Shown here: in pieces, positions 52,352-61,749 of the stretch
How the letters are laid out: every line of letters begins with the position of its first letter
Position numbering within the stretch: the stretch's first letter is position 1
From: an uncultured delta proteobacterium
GTDB taxonomy: Bacteria; Desulfobacterota; Desulfomonilia; UBA1062
Length of the DNA: 64,000 bases
Reading direction: 5' to 3'
Assembly (NCBI GenBank): GCA_963785235.1
Contig: CAWAUM010000003.1
Location: 32,001 to 96,000 of the forward strand
Notes under the pieces: generated by a model
What the model saw: only the letters and a program-made list of their open reading frames with translations
The model's database searches: none
Told to the model about the DNA's origin: nothing
Made by a program: the position numbers and the translations under genes

Positions 52352-52507
52352 ATGTCATACAGATTTGAGACAATCAAAACAGGCATTACCTTCGGGACCG
52401 CCCTTGCCATGGTTATCTCCTGGTACGTCAACAAATCGGTCTTATGGGCAATCTTCCATGGCCTCCTCTCATGGATTTATGTCATCTACTATGTGATCTT
52501 TTACTAA
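52352..52507 (+). CDS. Small (51 aa) membrane protein missed by the ORF track
   Basis: AAGGA RBS; MSYRFETIKTGITFGTALAMVISWYVNKSVLWAIFHGLLSWIYVIYYVIFY*. Confidence 0.8.
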   Translation: MSYRFETIKTGITFGTALAMVISWYVNKSVLWAIFHGLLSWIYVIYYVIFY

Positions 52508-52582
52508 ACAGCTCTGGTGAATTTTCTAAAAGGGCACAGTTTAAAACTATTTTAGAAAAACATTTTACAAGGATTATTATCC

Positions 52583-53998
52583 ATGGGTAAAATCAAACTC
52601 ATAAGGATGCTTAGGCTTTTTGGGGTATTCTTTTCTGTTGCGTTCATAGCCGGGTGCAATTTTTGGGGAGTGGATGACCTCACTGTGAAGATAACCTCAC
52701 CATCTGGCGATGTAACTGTTGCCGCAGGACAATCGGTTGATTTTCAATGTGATGTGACCTTTGAAGACGGAACGGTCACCTACCAGTGGGACTTCGGGGG
52801 TGGTGCGACAAACAGTACGGTTCAAAATCCAGGTTCAACAACATTCAGCACCATAGGCACCTATACTGTCAACCTTACCGTGACTGACAGCAGCGGGGCC
52901 ACAGCAGATACTTCGGTTGTCGTGACTGTTCAATCTTCAACAGCAACCACCTGGACCAAAGTATCCGCAGGTCAAAACCATGCCTTAGCACTCAAGTCCG
53001 ACGGGACAATGTGGGCATGGGGTCTGAATGGCAATGGCCAGCTTGGGGACGGCACAACCGACAATAAGAACACTCCGACACGGGTAGGTTCTGATAGCAA
53101 TTGGAAAACCGTTGCTGCCGGATCGAACCACAGTCTGGCATTAAAAAATGATGGAACCATGTGGGTATGGGGCTCCAATAACAGTGGCCAGCTCGGGGAT
53201 GAAACAAATACAGACAGGCTTACACCGGTTAAGATAGGATCTGATACTGATTGGACAGCTATTGCTGCAGGTTCAGGTCATAGTCTTGCCCTTAAATCCG
53301 ACGGAACCCTTTGGGCTTGGGGGGGCAACTCGTATGGCCAGCTTGGGGACGGTACAACGGAAAATAAGATCATTCCGATAAAGGTAGGATCCAATACCGA
53401 TTGGACAGCTATTGCTGCGGGTTCAGGTCACAGTCTTGCCCTTAAATCCGATGGCATCTGGTCATGGGGGGACAACTCGTATGGCCAGCTTGGGGACGGC
53501 ACAACCGACAATAAGATCATCCCGACAAAGGTAGGCCTTGATACCTCTTGGAATGTTGTAGCTTCAGGCTCATACCATAGTCTCGCATTAAAAACCGGCA
53601 CCTTGTGGGCATGGGGTGATAACACCTATGGGCAGATCGCCAATGGAACAATGGCTGATCAGACAACTCCCTTACAAGCCAGTGGAGAAAGCACTTGGTC
53701 TTCTGCAGCGGGTGGTGCAGCTGGTGGAGGTTATCATACCCTTGCCATTAAATCCAACGGGACACTCTGGGCCTGGGGAAGAAATACTTCAGGCCAACTG
53801 GGAAACAGTGCGACCGCAGATAAGCAAACTCCGATACAGGTAGGCAGCCAAACCAATTGGACAGCTGTATCTGCGGGCGAGGCATATAGTCTTGCCTTGA
53901 AATCGGATGGAACGCTCTGGGCCTGGGGGGACAACTCGGATGGCCAGCTGGGTGATGGAACACTTATCAGCAAGTATGCACCTGTTCAGATAAAGTAA
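52583..53998 (+). CDS. Lipoprotein with a PKD domain and an RCC1/BLIP-II beta-propeller
   Basis: Lipobox IAGC; PKD motif YQWDFG; seven [20 protein letters not shown] repeats. Confidence 0.9.
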   Translation: MGKIKLIRMLRLFGVFFSVAFIAGCNFWGVDDLTVKITSPSGDVTVAAGQSVDFQCDVTFEDGTVTYQWDFGGGATNSTVQNPGSTTFSTIGTYTVNLTVTDSSGATADTSVVVTVQSSTATTWTKVSAGQNHALALKSDGTMWAWGLNGNGQLGDGTTDNKNTPTRVGSDSNWKTVAAGSNHSLALKNDGTMWVWGSNNSGQLGDETNTDRLTPVKIGSDTDWTAIAAGSGHSLALKSDGTLWAWGGNSYGQLGDGTTENKIIPIKVGSNTDWTAIAAGSGHSLALKSDGIWSWGDNSYGQLGDGTTDNKIIPTKVGLDTSWNVVASGSYHSLALKTGTLWAWGDNTYGQIANGTMADQTTPLQASGESTWSSAAGGAAGGGYHTLAIKSNGTLWAWGRNTSGQLGNSATADKQTPIQVGSQTNWTAVSAGEAYSLALKSDGTLWAWGDNSDGQLGDGTLISKYAPVQIK

Positions 53999-54029
53999 TA
54001 ACGTACCTGTTAAAGGTGGCTTTAGGCGT

Positions 54030-54449
54030 TTATTTTCTCTGACTTAAGAAAAGCTCACGAAGATCTATCCGAGGGCAATGGCTTGAATTCAATTCTTCGA
54101 AGGAACCAAAGTTCCACACCTTGGCCTTGTCACCCCATGCAATATACATCATTACATCCTTACCTCCGGCGACATCCATCACTGACCAGAACCGGTAAAA
54201 ATCAACATTGCCTTCTTTAATCGGGTTGTTCTGATCCTTATGCCATCCCATTCGAAGGTCCTGTGTGGTGAACTGCCTGCTTCTCAATGCGCTCAGGCTT
54301 GCGCCCCCCAGGACTGTCGCCCTGGTAAGTTGCTCTCCATAGCCCTTGGCATGGATGCACACCAGCTGCATCCTGGCAAAGGCTACGATACAGATCATGA
54401 GGATGCACAACGCAATCATCACCTCGATCAGGGTAAAGCCTTTTCTCAT
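54030..54449 (-). CDS. Type IV minor pilin (PilV-like)
   Basis: Prepilin motif KGFTLIEVMIAL. Confidence 0.85.
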   Translation of the reverse strand: MRKGFTLIEVMIALCILMICIVAFARMQLVCIHAKGYGEQLTRATVLGGASLSALRSRQFTTQDLRMGWHKDQNNPIKEGNVDFYRFWSVMDVAGGKDVMMYIAWGDKAKVWNFGSFEELNSSHCPRIDLRELFLSQRK

Positions 54450-54975
54450 CTGAGCAGCCTCCAGGAGCTTATATATTCATACATCAAAACTGTTCCTGAT
54501 GCCGGGAGAACACGTAGCCCCATTGACTTATCGCTGGTGCATAGATAAACAGTTCCGGAATTGCAGGCACCCATGGGTGAAAAGTTTATCCGGTTGTCTG
54601 AAAAGGTGATTCCGTCAGGAGGGACAACGGAATTATTCGGTCCGCCAGCTGCATGACATCCGAATGTTATGCCCTGTGGAAGAATGCATGTCCCTATCTG
54701 CTGCTCCCCTGAATCGTATCGTGCATTCCCGTTGACATCACCGAAGGCGAACCATTGGCGTTCCCCAGGTATAAAAATAATCCGCCAGTAAATACCTTCA
54801 CGGATAGCCCGCTCACGTGCCTGGTGGAAGTATGCGCCCAGCTGATCTGCCTGATGTTCAATTGTCTTCCTTGAGGAAAATGCCCCCAGGCCCGGTAGTG
54901 CTATAGCAGCCAAAATGCAGATGATGGCGAGTACCACCATCAGTTCCGCAAGGGTAACCCCTGCACGAGGGTTTA
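54446..54975 (-). CDS. FimT/GspH-family pseudopilin (start uncertain)
   Basis: AGVTLAELMVVLAI, AR.RAI and I.FSP.G...SGTVYLC motifs. Confidence 0.8.
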
Positions 54976-56184
54976 CACGTGCTTGACTGTGATGAGATCC
55001 GACCTTCCTAATTTTTTCAGAACAGCATTTGCAATACATATACCCCAGAAAAAATCGCCTTCATTGCCGAGACAAGCATATTTGTCCCGGTCACAGGCAT
55101 ATATCCTCTCAATGGGAGTAATATAACGCCGCCAACCGAAAAGTGAAGGGGGTCTGACATTTTCTGAGAAATGAAACCAGGGGCGTATAGACTCATGCGA
55201 TAGAGGATTTACCACTTCAAGGGCCTGAAGGGGTACGGACAGGAAAGGCATGATCTGCGACAGCCTCTTTGTTATCATCCCTGAGGCCCATGAAATGATC
55301 TCAGTCAATGAGCTCAGACCCGGCTCAAGGGTTATCTTTGTCTGAACAGTAAGAGTGGGATTGTGTGGATTTCTGTTCACTTTTAATATAATAGGGTATT
55401 TCAGGTCTTCAGGCGGCGAGATGACCATAAGATCCCCTACACCTTTGGGAATCATCCCAAGACGTGCCCTGCACTGCCCATAAAAATAAAACCCATGATA
55501 TGGATCTTGTCCGGCAACGTCTTCAGTGAGATAGCAACCACCTTTACAGATACCCTCGTTTAGCTTAAGTCCGAGCACCTCTTTTCCACTCATCACGAGT
55601 ACAGCACCGGAATCTTCTGTATATTCACCCATACTTCTTTGCAAATATGCTATGAATGCTGTCTTTATCTTTCCAAGCTCTATAGAGCTCATGCCAAGGG
55701 TAGATACATAAGCCTTCATCTGAGCCAAACGACCCGCCTCGGGAGTACTCAGTACTGATCCTATAACTTCTTCCCATTTCCCGGATGTGACTGCACTGCT
55801 TTGAAGCTCCCTGAGGTAAAGGCGCGGCTTAGAGAGAGATTTCTTCAACAAGTGGAGATATTTGCCCTTGAATTTTTGTACCCTTGAATGGTCACATTGT
55901 GTCTGAGAGGCATCGGTCAAACCCATAAATTGCATGATAAGACCCCGCTCGGTTTCAAGGGAATTCTTCATGCGCTGATCGATCCTGCTCAAGACAGGTT
56001 CAAGAAGCTCTCTGAAAAACGTCTCTGTCAAAATATAGGGTGTATCTGCCCAGAGCTTTGACCCGGGCTTTTGCTGTGCAGTGTCCACCCACAAGCACTT
56101 CATACCTTTACTTGCAAGGAGCACGCAGACAAAAAGCCCTGATATACCTTCACCATACCCTATGACATCATAAGTCTTCTTCAC
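54973..56184 (-). CDS. Hypothetical protein with an N-terminal FAD-binding-like motif
   Basis: YDVIGYGEGISGL resembles a Rossmann GxGxxG; remainder unrecognised. Confidence 0.6.
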   Translation of the reverse strand: MKKTYDVIGYGEGISGLFVCVLLASKGMKCLWVDTAQQKPGSKLWADTPYILTETFFRELLEPVLSRIDQRMKNSLETERGLIMQFMGLTDASQTQCDHSRVQKFKGKYLHLLKKSLSKPRLYLRELQSSAVTSGKWEEVIGSVLSTPEAGRLAQMKAYVSTLGMSSIELGKIKTAFIAYLQRSMGEYTEDSGAVLVMSGKEVLGLKLNEGICKGGCYLTEDVAGQDPYHGFYFYGQCRARLGMIPKGVGDLMVISPPEDLKYPIILKVNRNPHNPTLTVQTKITLEPGLSSLTEIISWASGMITKRLSQIMPFLSVPLQALEVVNPLSHESIRPWFHFSENVRPPSLFGWRRYITPIERIYACDRDKYACLGNEGDFFWGICIANAVLKKLGRSDLITVKHV

Positions 56185-56246
56185 AACATAAGCCCATGTT
56201 TATTATTGAATGCCCAAAAGGCAGGCACTCTCAAGAACTGCTCCTT

Positions 56247-56900
56247 TTAGCCGAGCAAAAAAGGATTTACGAGGTATGCATCTTCATCTTTTTCAAAGTC
56301 TTTGATGAATACCTTTCTCCCTTTGATGGAAAGCCTGCCTTGTGCAAAGAGCCCTATGGCCTCAGGATAAATCTTATGCTCAAGCCGCAGGATACGCTCT
56401 TTCAAAAGATCTTCGGTATCCTCCGGATATACCGGGACAACGGCCTGGATAATAATGGGCCCGGTATCAACACCCTCATCAACAAAATGGACCGTGCATC
56501 CGGAGAACCTCACTCCATATTCTATAGCCTTCCGGCGAACTCCCAGGCCCGGAAAAGATGGCAGCAGGGCCGGGTGTATATTCATTACCATGCCGGGAAA
56601 CGCTCTGAGAAATGCTGGGGTAAGAACTCGCATGAATCCTGCCAGGACAACCAGGTCTACCTTGTAGTCTTTAAGGATTTTTACCAGCTCCTCATCAAAG
56701 TTTTCCCTTTGAGGGTGCTCGGCATGAGATACTACCTTGGTAGGTATGCCTTTTCCCTGCGCACGCTCAAGGGCATAAACACCAGGGAGGTTGCTGATGA
56801 CGATGCTGACCTGACCGTTAATGTCATTGCGTTCACAAGCATCCATTATGGACTGGAGATTGCTTCCGCTGCCCGAAACAAGGACGCCAATGTGAACCAC
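56247..56900 (-). CDS. purN: Phosphoribosylglycinamide formyltransferase
   Basis: SGSGSNLQ, LAGFMR, NIHPALLP.F.G and DTGPII motifs. Confidence 0.96.
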   Translation of the reverse strand: MVHIGVLVSGSGSNLQSIMDACERNDINGQVSIVISNLPGVYALERAQGKGIPTKVVSHAEHPQRENFDEELVKILKDYKVDLVVLAGFMRVLTPAFLRAFPGMVMNIHPALLPSFPGLGVRRKAIEYGVRFSGCTVHFVDEGVDTGPIIIQAVVPVYPEDTEDLLKERILRLEHKIYPEAIGLFAQGRLSIKGRKVFIKDFEKDEDAYLVNPFLLG

Positions 56901-56910
56901 GTATGTACCT

Positions 56911-57948
56911 CTATGAGAGGATAACAGCCTCTCCACCCTTGGGCCGCGTCTCGATATAGCCAATGATATCAGCAGATTCCTTGAGACCCTTCAACCTGAG
57001 CATTACATCATCTGCATCTTTTGGAGAAACGACCAACACCATGCCGACACCCATATTGAAGGTCCTGTACATCTCTGTATCTTCGATCTTCCCGACATCC
57101 TGAATAAATCGAAATATGGGCGGTATGCCCCACGAACCTTTCTCGATAACAGCTGTTGATCGTGCAGGGAGTACCCTGGGGATATTGTCGATAAAACCGC
57201 CTCCGGTAATGTGGACAACGCCTTTTATCTCAAAACCCCTAATGATATTGAGCATACTTTTAACATAGATCCTTGTGGGTGTAAGAAGTTCTGCAGCTAA
57301 TGACTTACCCAGATCCTCGAGATAATCATCAATGCGCATCTTAGCACGATCGAAGAGGGCCTTCCTCACCAGAGAAAAACCGTTACTATGCAGCCCTGAT
57401 GAATGTATGCCGATAAGGACATCCTTTGCAGAGATACGGGATCCATCGATGATCTTATCACTATCAACTACACCGACGCCGAATCCTGCCAAGTCATACT
57501 CGTCCTCTCGATAGAAACCAGGCATCTCGGCGGTTTCACCGCCGATAAGCGCGCAACCAGCCTCTTTGCACCCGCTTGTAATGCTTGATATAATGACCTT
57601 GGCGCGATCCAGGTTGAGTTTGCCGGTGGCAAAATAATCGAGGAAAAACAGGGGCTGTGCCCCAACGACGATGAGATCATTTACTACCATAGCCACAAGA
57701 TCAATTCCGATACCCTCATGGTTGTCTGCCATGGATGCGATTTTCAGCTTGGTACCAACGCCATCGGTAGATGAGACAAGGATGGGTTCGGTATAATTCC
57801 TGATGTCCAGTTTAAAAAGGCCTGCAAATCCACCTATACCACCGATGACCTCAGGCCCATGGGTAGACTTCACACTTGATTTGATAGCCTTGACAAGTAG
57901 GTTCTGTTTGTCAATATCAACCCCTGCATCACGATAGGTCAAAGACAT
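56911..57948 (-). CDS. purM: AIR synthetase
   Basis: Y..AGVDI, DGVGTK, GGETAEMPG, HITGGG and FNMG.G motifs. Confidence 0.97.
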   Translation of the reverse strand: MSLTYRDAGVDIDKQNLLVKAIKSSVKSTHGPEVIGGIGGFAGLFKLDIRNYTEPILVSSTDGVGTKLKIASMADNHEGIGIDLVAMVVNDLIVVGAQPLFFLDYFATGKLNLDRAKVIISSITSGCKEAGCALIGGETAEMPGFYREDEYDLAGFGVGVVDSDKIIDGSRISAKDVLIGIHSSGLHSNGFSLVRKALFDRAKMRIDDYLEDLGKSLAAELLTPTRIYVKSMLNIIRGFEIKGVVHITGGGFIDNIPRVLPARSTAVIEKGSWGIPPIFRFIQDVGKIEDTEMYRTFNMGVGMVLVVSPKDADDVMLRLKGLKESADIIGYIETRPKGGEAVILS

Positions 57949-58010
57949 CTATACCCCCAACTCTCTACCTACTATATGAGAATATTGAGCTAGTCAATCC
58001 GGCATTAAAG

Positions 58011-58047
58011 AAAAAAAAGATGGCGGTTTGGGCTTTTCCCCGCCATC
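58011..58047 (-). terminator. Intrinsic terminator of the candidate sRNA
   Basis: Minus strand GATGGCGG-N13-CCGCCATC followed by T8. Confidence 0.85.
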
Positions 58048-58114
58048 CTTAGAGGAGGTAGATAGGAGTTATATGTCTTTGAAGAAGTTTTTCCGTTTAC
58101 TTTCTCTTTTAATA
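58011..58114 (-). ncRNA. Candidate sigma54-dependent small RNA (about 104 nt) with two anti-SD motifs
   Basis: Bounded by a -24/-12 promoter and an intrinsic terminator; contains ACUCCU and ACCUCCU just 5' of the terminator. Confidence 0.6.
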
Positions 58115-58124
58115 CCCTTCAATG

Positions 58125-58140
58125 AGCAATGGTCATGCCA
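58125..58140 (-). promoter_or_regulatory. Sigma54 promoter
   Basis: Minus strand TGGCATGACCATTGCT, GG-N10-GC. Confidence 0.8.
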
Positions 58141-58237
58141 ACAATAATGACAATCATCTATCAGGTTGCATTTAAAGATAGTTTATGATGATCAGCAGGA
58201 TTCTCCCCTGAATTATCGCTATTAATGACATCCTCAG

Positions 58238-58288
58238 GTGTATATTAAATATACATCATGACTATACAGGTGTATAAAAGATATACAC
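58238..58288. promoter_or_regulatory. Tandem palindromic enhancer sites (GTGTATA-N5-TATACAY x2)
   Basis: 58238-58256 and 58270-58288, 32 bp apart, both preceded by CAG. Confidence 0.75.
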
Positions 58289-58345
58289 TTATTCTTCGAA
58301 AAATAACCTCCTCTGCGTGGAGAATGCTTATCAGAGGACTGTGGC

Positions 58346-60136
58346 ATGAGAGTTGTAAGGCATATACCGGATTATTTTATGGATAATAACAACTCAATAC
58401 ATTCCAAAAAGGCCTGGATCAAAATATCACCCTGGGTGATCATGGGCTCCCTCATCGTGATGGTGCCCATCTTCATTTTCACCACCATGGAGAGCATACG
58501 GACCCAGAGGAAGAACATGTACCACATGCTCAGCGAGAAGGGAGATACCCTTATCCGATCTTTTGAAGCCGGTACCAGAACGGGCATGATGGGCCAGGGC
58601 TGGAGCGGGGCCCAGGTTCAGCGCCTCATCATGGAAACAGCGGAAGAGCCGGATATCCTCTATATCCTTATAACAGACAAGGATGGAAAGATCGTTGCCC
58701 ATAACCAGCCCATGAACATCGGCAAGACATACGGGCTCGACATCGACCGGGCAAGGCTGAGTCATATCCTCAAATGGAGGGTTATCAAGGACGAGAAAGG
58801 AAGGCAATCCTTCGAAGTGTATCGAAGGTTTCATCCCTCCCGGAGCGGGATGATAATTCTCAAACGTAAACGACCTCTACGCGACTGGTTTTACCCACAC
58901 ACCCTGCCGCAGATGGAAAGACCTCCGGTACAGAGTATCTACATTGGGCTGAATATGCAGCCGGTTGAGCAGATTATCTCAGAGAGTATAAAACAGAGAA
59001 TCTTCCTGGCGGTAATCCTGTCCATGTATGGACTGCTTGGGATTGTAGCCATTGTCATTGCACAGAATTACCGGTCCACAAAGGCCTCGTTATCCAGGAT
59101 CAAGGCCTTTTCTGATACGCTGGTGGACAATATGCCCATAGGCCTCATTTTTATCGATCAAGAAGGGAACATCGTTACACTCAACGACGTATCTGAAAGT
59201 CTTCTTATGGTCACCACGGCTGATACCGCTGGCAAAAAGGCCGAAGAGGTGCTCCCCGAACAAATATCAAAACTCATTGAAGATATTCAGAACCCCCATG
59301 ACATAGCCGTGCGTGACCTGCGTATTCCTCTCCTGGACAAAGTCATGGTGTATGAAGCCAGCGCAAGCTTCCTTACCGATGAAGACCGCACGTTCCTAGG
59401 CTATATCGTGCTGCTGCGCGATATTACAGAGATCGAACAGCTGAAAAGGGAAGTGGAACGCAAAGAGAGGCTTGCTGCCATCGGCAGCCTTGCAGCCGGC
59501 GTCGCCCATGAGATCAGGAACCCGTTGAGCTCCATCAAGGGTTTCGCCACCTACTTCAAGGAGCGCTACCGTGATATCCCGGAAGACCAGAGAATTGCCG
59601 GGATCATGGTTGGCGAGGTTGAACGCCTCAACCGTGCCATCAGCCAGCTTCTGGATCTCTCCCGCCCAATGGATCTGAGGATGAAGGAGACCTCCCTGGT
59701 GGAGTTGGTAAATCGTTCTCTCGCAATGATTGAGAAGCAGGCTTTGGAAAAAAACATCGCGATTGACCGTTCGGGGCTTCCGAGTGACCCCTGCTACGCA
59801 GATATAGACCCTGACAAGACAGGACAGGTACTGCTCAACCTCTTTCTCAACGCCATGGAGGCCATGACAGGAGGGGGAACCCTTACGGTGGCCATCAGGC
59901 ATGATGAAACATCCTCCAGGTTTTCCATCCACGTGTCAGACACCGGAGGCGGGATCTCCCAAGAAGACCTCCCCCACATATTTGACCCATATTTCACCAC
60001 AAAACAGTCCGGAACAGGCCTCGGGCTTGCCATTGTCCATAGAATAATAGAGGCCCATGGCGGTGAGATCAAGATTGAAAGCACGCCCGGTCAAGGCACA
60101 ACGGCCATACTGGGCATACCTGAAGCAGGAGCGTGA
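58346..60136 (+). CDS. Membrane sensor histidine kinase with PAS domain (ZraS-like)
   Basis: Two TM helices; SFEAGTRTGM periplasmic motif; AHEIRNPL, N, D/G1 and FTTK..GTGLGL boxes. Confidence 0.92.
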   Translation: MRVVRHIPDYFMDNNNSIHSKKAWIKISPWVIMGSLIVMVPIFIFTTMESIRTQRKNMYHMLSEKGDTLIRSFEAGTRTGMMGQGWSGAQVQRLIMETAEEPDILYILITDKDGKIVAHNQPMNIGKTYGLDIDRARLSHILKWRVIKDEKGRQSFEVYRRFHPSRSGMIILKRKRPLRDWFYPHTLPQMERPPVQSIYIGLNMQPVEQIISESIKQRIFLAVILSMYGLLGIVAIVIAQNYRSTKASLSRIKAFSDTLVDNMPIGLIFIDQEGNIVTLNDVSESLLMVTTADTAGKKAEEVLPEQISKLIEDIQNPHDIAVRDLRIPLLDKVMVYEASASFLTDEDRTFLGYIVLLRDITEIEQLKREVERKERLAAIGSLAAGVAHEIRNPLSSIKGFATYFKERYRDIPEDQRIAGIMVGEVERLNRAISQLLDLSRPMDLRMKETSLVELVNRSLAMIEKQALEKNIAIDRSGLPSDPCYADIDPDKTGQVLLNLFLNAMEAMTGGGTLTVAIRHDETSSRFSIHVSDTGGGISQEDLPHIFDPYFTTKQSGTGLGLAIVHRIIEAHGGEIKIESTPGQGTTAILGIPEAGA

Positions 60137-61503
60137 TGATGGCAGTCAGCATGAGGAGAGACATCCTGGTAGTGGATGATGACTTCAGTCATCGAACCAT
60201 GCTCAAAACCCTGCTTTCAGGATGGGGATATGAGGTCAGCGAGGCTGACGACGGTCAGGTGGCAATCGATATGGTCCAGGAACGGCCCTTTGATCTGATC
60301 CTCATGGACATCCGCATGATCAAGGTATCAGGACTGACAGCCCTGGCAGCCATCAAGGAGATCAACCCTTCCATCCCTGTCCTCATCATGACCGCTTATT
60401 CCTCCATCGACACGGCAATCGATGCCATAAAAAAGGGCGCCTATGAATATCTGACAAAACCGCTCGACTTTGATGAGCTGCATTTGAAGATGGAACAGGC
60501 AATGGATCACAACATGCTCAAGGAGGAGAATCGTCTTTTAAGAGAGCTCGTGGGAGAGCGCTTCGAAACCGGGAATATCATAGGCAGGAGCCCTGCCATG
60601 ATCCGTCTTCTTGAAACTACGGCCAGGGCCTCATCATCGGAAGCAACGGTTCTTATCACCGGAGAATCCGGGACCGGCAAGGAAATGATCGCCGGCGCCA
60701 TCCACTTCAATTCCCCCCGGAAAGACCACCCCTTCATCAAAATGAACTGTGCCGCCATTTCGGAAGGATTACTCGAATCCGAACTATTCGGACACGAAAA
60801 GGGCTCATTCACCGGGGCGTTACGCCGCAGGGAGGGCCGCTTCAAACAGGCACATGGAGGCAGCCTCTTCCTTGATGAAGTCTCTGAAATGCCCCTGTCC
60901 ATGCAAGTCAAGCTCCTGAGGGTGCTCCAGGAAAAAGAGATCACCCGGGTCGGCGGCGAAGAGGTGATCCCGGTGGATGCCAGGATCATTGCTGCGACCA
61001 ATAAAGACCTCCCTACCCTTGTCAAGAAAGGTCTTTTCAGAGAAGACCTTTACTATCGGCTCAATGTAATCAACCTTTCCGTCCCGCCGTTAAGAGATCG
61101 CAGCGAGGATATACCTGTTCTGGCTGAACACTTTCTCAAAATGTTTGCCCTCAGGAACAACAAACCATTGAAAGGCTTCTCACCCCAGGCCATGGACCGG
61201 CTCATCAAGTATCCATGGCCCGGTAACGTGCGCGAGATGATGAATACGGTTGAGAGTGCTGTAGTCCTGTCCAGCTCGGACTACCTGAGGGATGAGGATA
61301 TCCCTGTTTTCCGGCAGGAAGAATTATATAAGGCTCCCCTGGAAGGGGGCGGTTCCGCTGAGTTCAGCCTGGACGAGATCGAACGCCTCAGCATATTGAA
61401 GACCCTGGGATCAGCCCAGGGAAACAAGAGCGAGGCTGCGAGAAAACTCGGCATCACGAGAGCGACACTGCACAAGAAGCTGAAGAAATATGGAGTGCCC
61501 TGA
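60133..61503 (+). CDS. Sigma54-dependent response regulator (ZraR/NtrC family)
   Basis: Receiver domain; GESGTGKE, ESELFGHEKGSFTGA and WPGNVRE motifs; Fis HTH. Confidence 0.95.
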   Translation: MMMAVSMRRDILVVDDDFSHRTMLKTLLSGWGYEVSEADDGQVAIDMVQERPFDLILMDIRMIKVSGLTALAAIKEINPSIPVLIMTAYSSIDTAIDAIKKGAYEYLTKPLDFDELHLKMEQAMDHNMLKEENRLLRELVGERFETGNIIGRSPAMIRLLETTARASSSEATVLITGESGTGKEMIAGAIHFNSPRKDHPFIKMNCAAISEGLLESELFGHEKGSFTGALRRREGRFKQAHGGSLFLDEVSEMPLSMQVKLLRVLQEKEITRVGGEEVIPVDARIIAATNKDLPTLVKKGLFREDLYYRLNVINLSVPPLRDRSEDIPVLAEHFLKMFALRNNKPLKGFSPQAMDRLIKYPWPGNVREMMNTVESAVVLSSSDYLRDEDIPVFRQEELYKAPLEGGGSAEFSLDEIERLSILKTLGSAQGNKSEAARKLGITRATLHKKLKKYGVP

Positions 61504-61590
61504 CCATTGGCTTGATGACAAAATATGGGGAGAAAAATAACCGGGTTTTAGCATAAAGCTCATGGCGACCATGATTTTTTTAAAAACAGA

Positions 61591-61677
61591 TCCGTTCAAA
61601 ACCATCATCTTGCAGCCTTGAAGGACCGAGATAATTCGCAATCAGCAAAAGGCTGCAAGATGATGGTTTTGAACGGA
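61591..61677 (+). repeat. Palindromic interspersed element copy C (perfect 29-bp arms, 29-nt loop)
   Basis: TCCGTTCAAAACCATCATCTTGCAGCCTT / AAGGCTGCAAGATGATGGTTTTGAACGGA. Confidence 0.92.
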
Positions 61678-61749
61678 CCAAGTTTTTTTACTCTTCTTGA
61701 ACCCAAAACCTGGTATAAAAACAAACCTTATCATTAGTTAATATTCGTC

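Noticed and set aside
57950-58114. Purine, ZTP or PRPP riboswitch upstream of purM
   Set aside because: No recognisable aptamer consensus; the region is A-rich and preceded by a sigma54 promoter, and purM has a separate -35-like box downstream of the terminator
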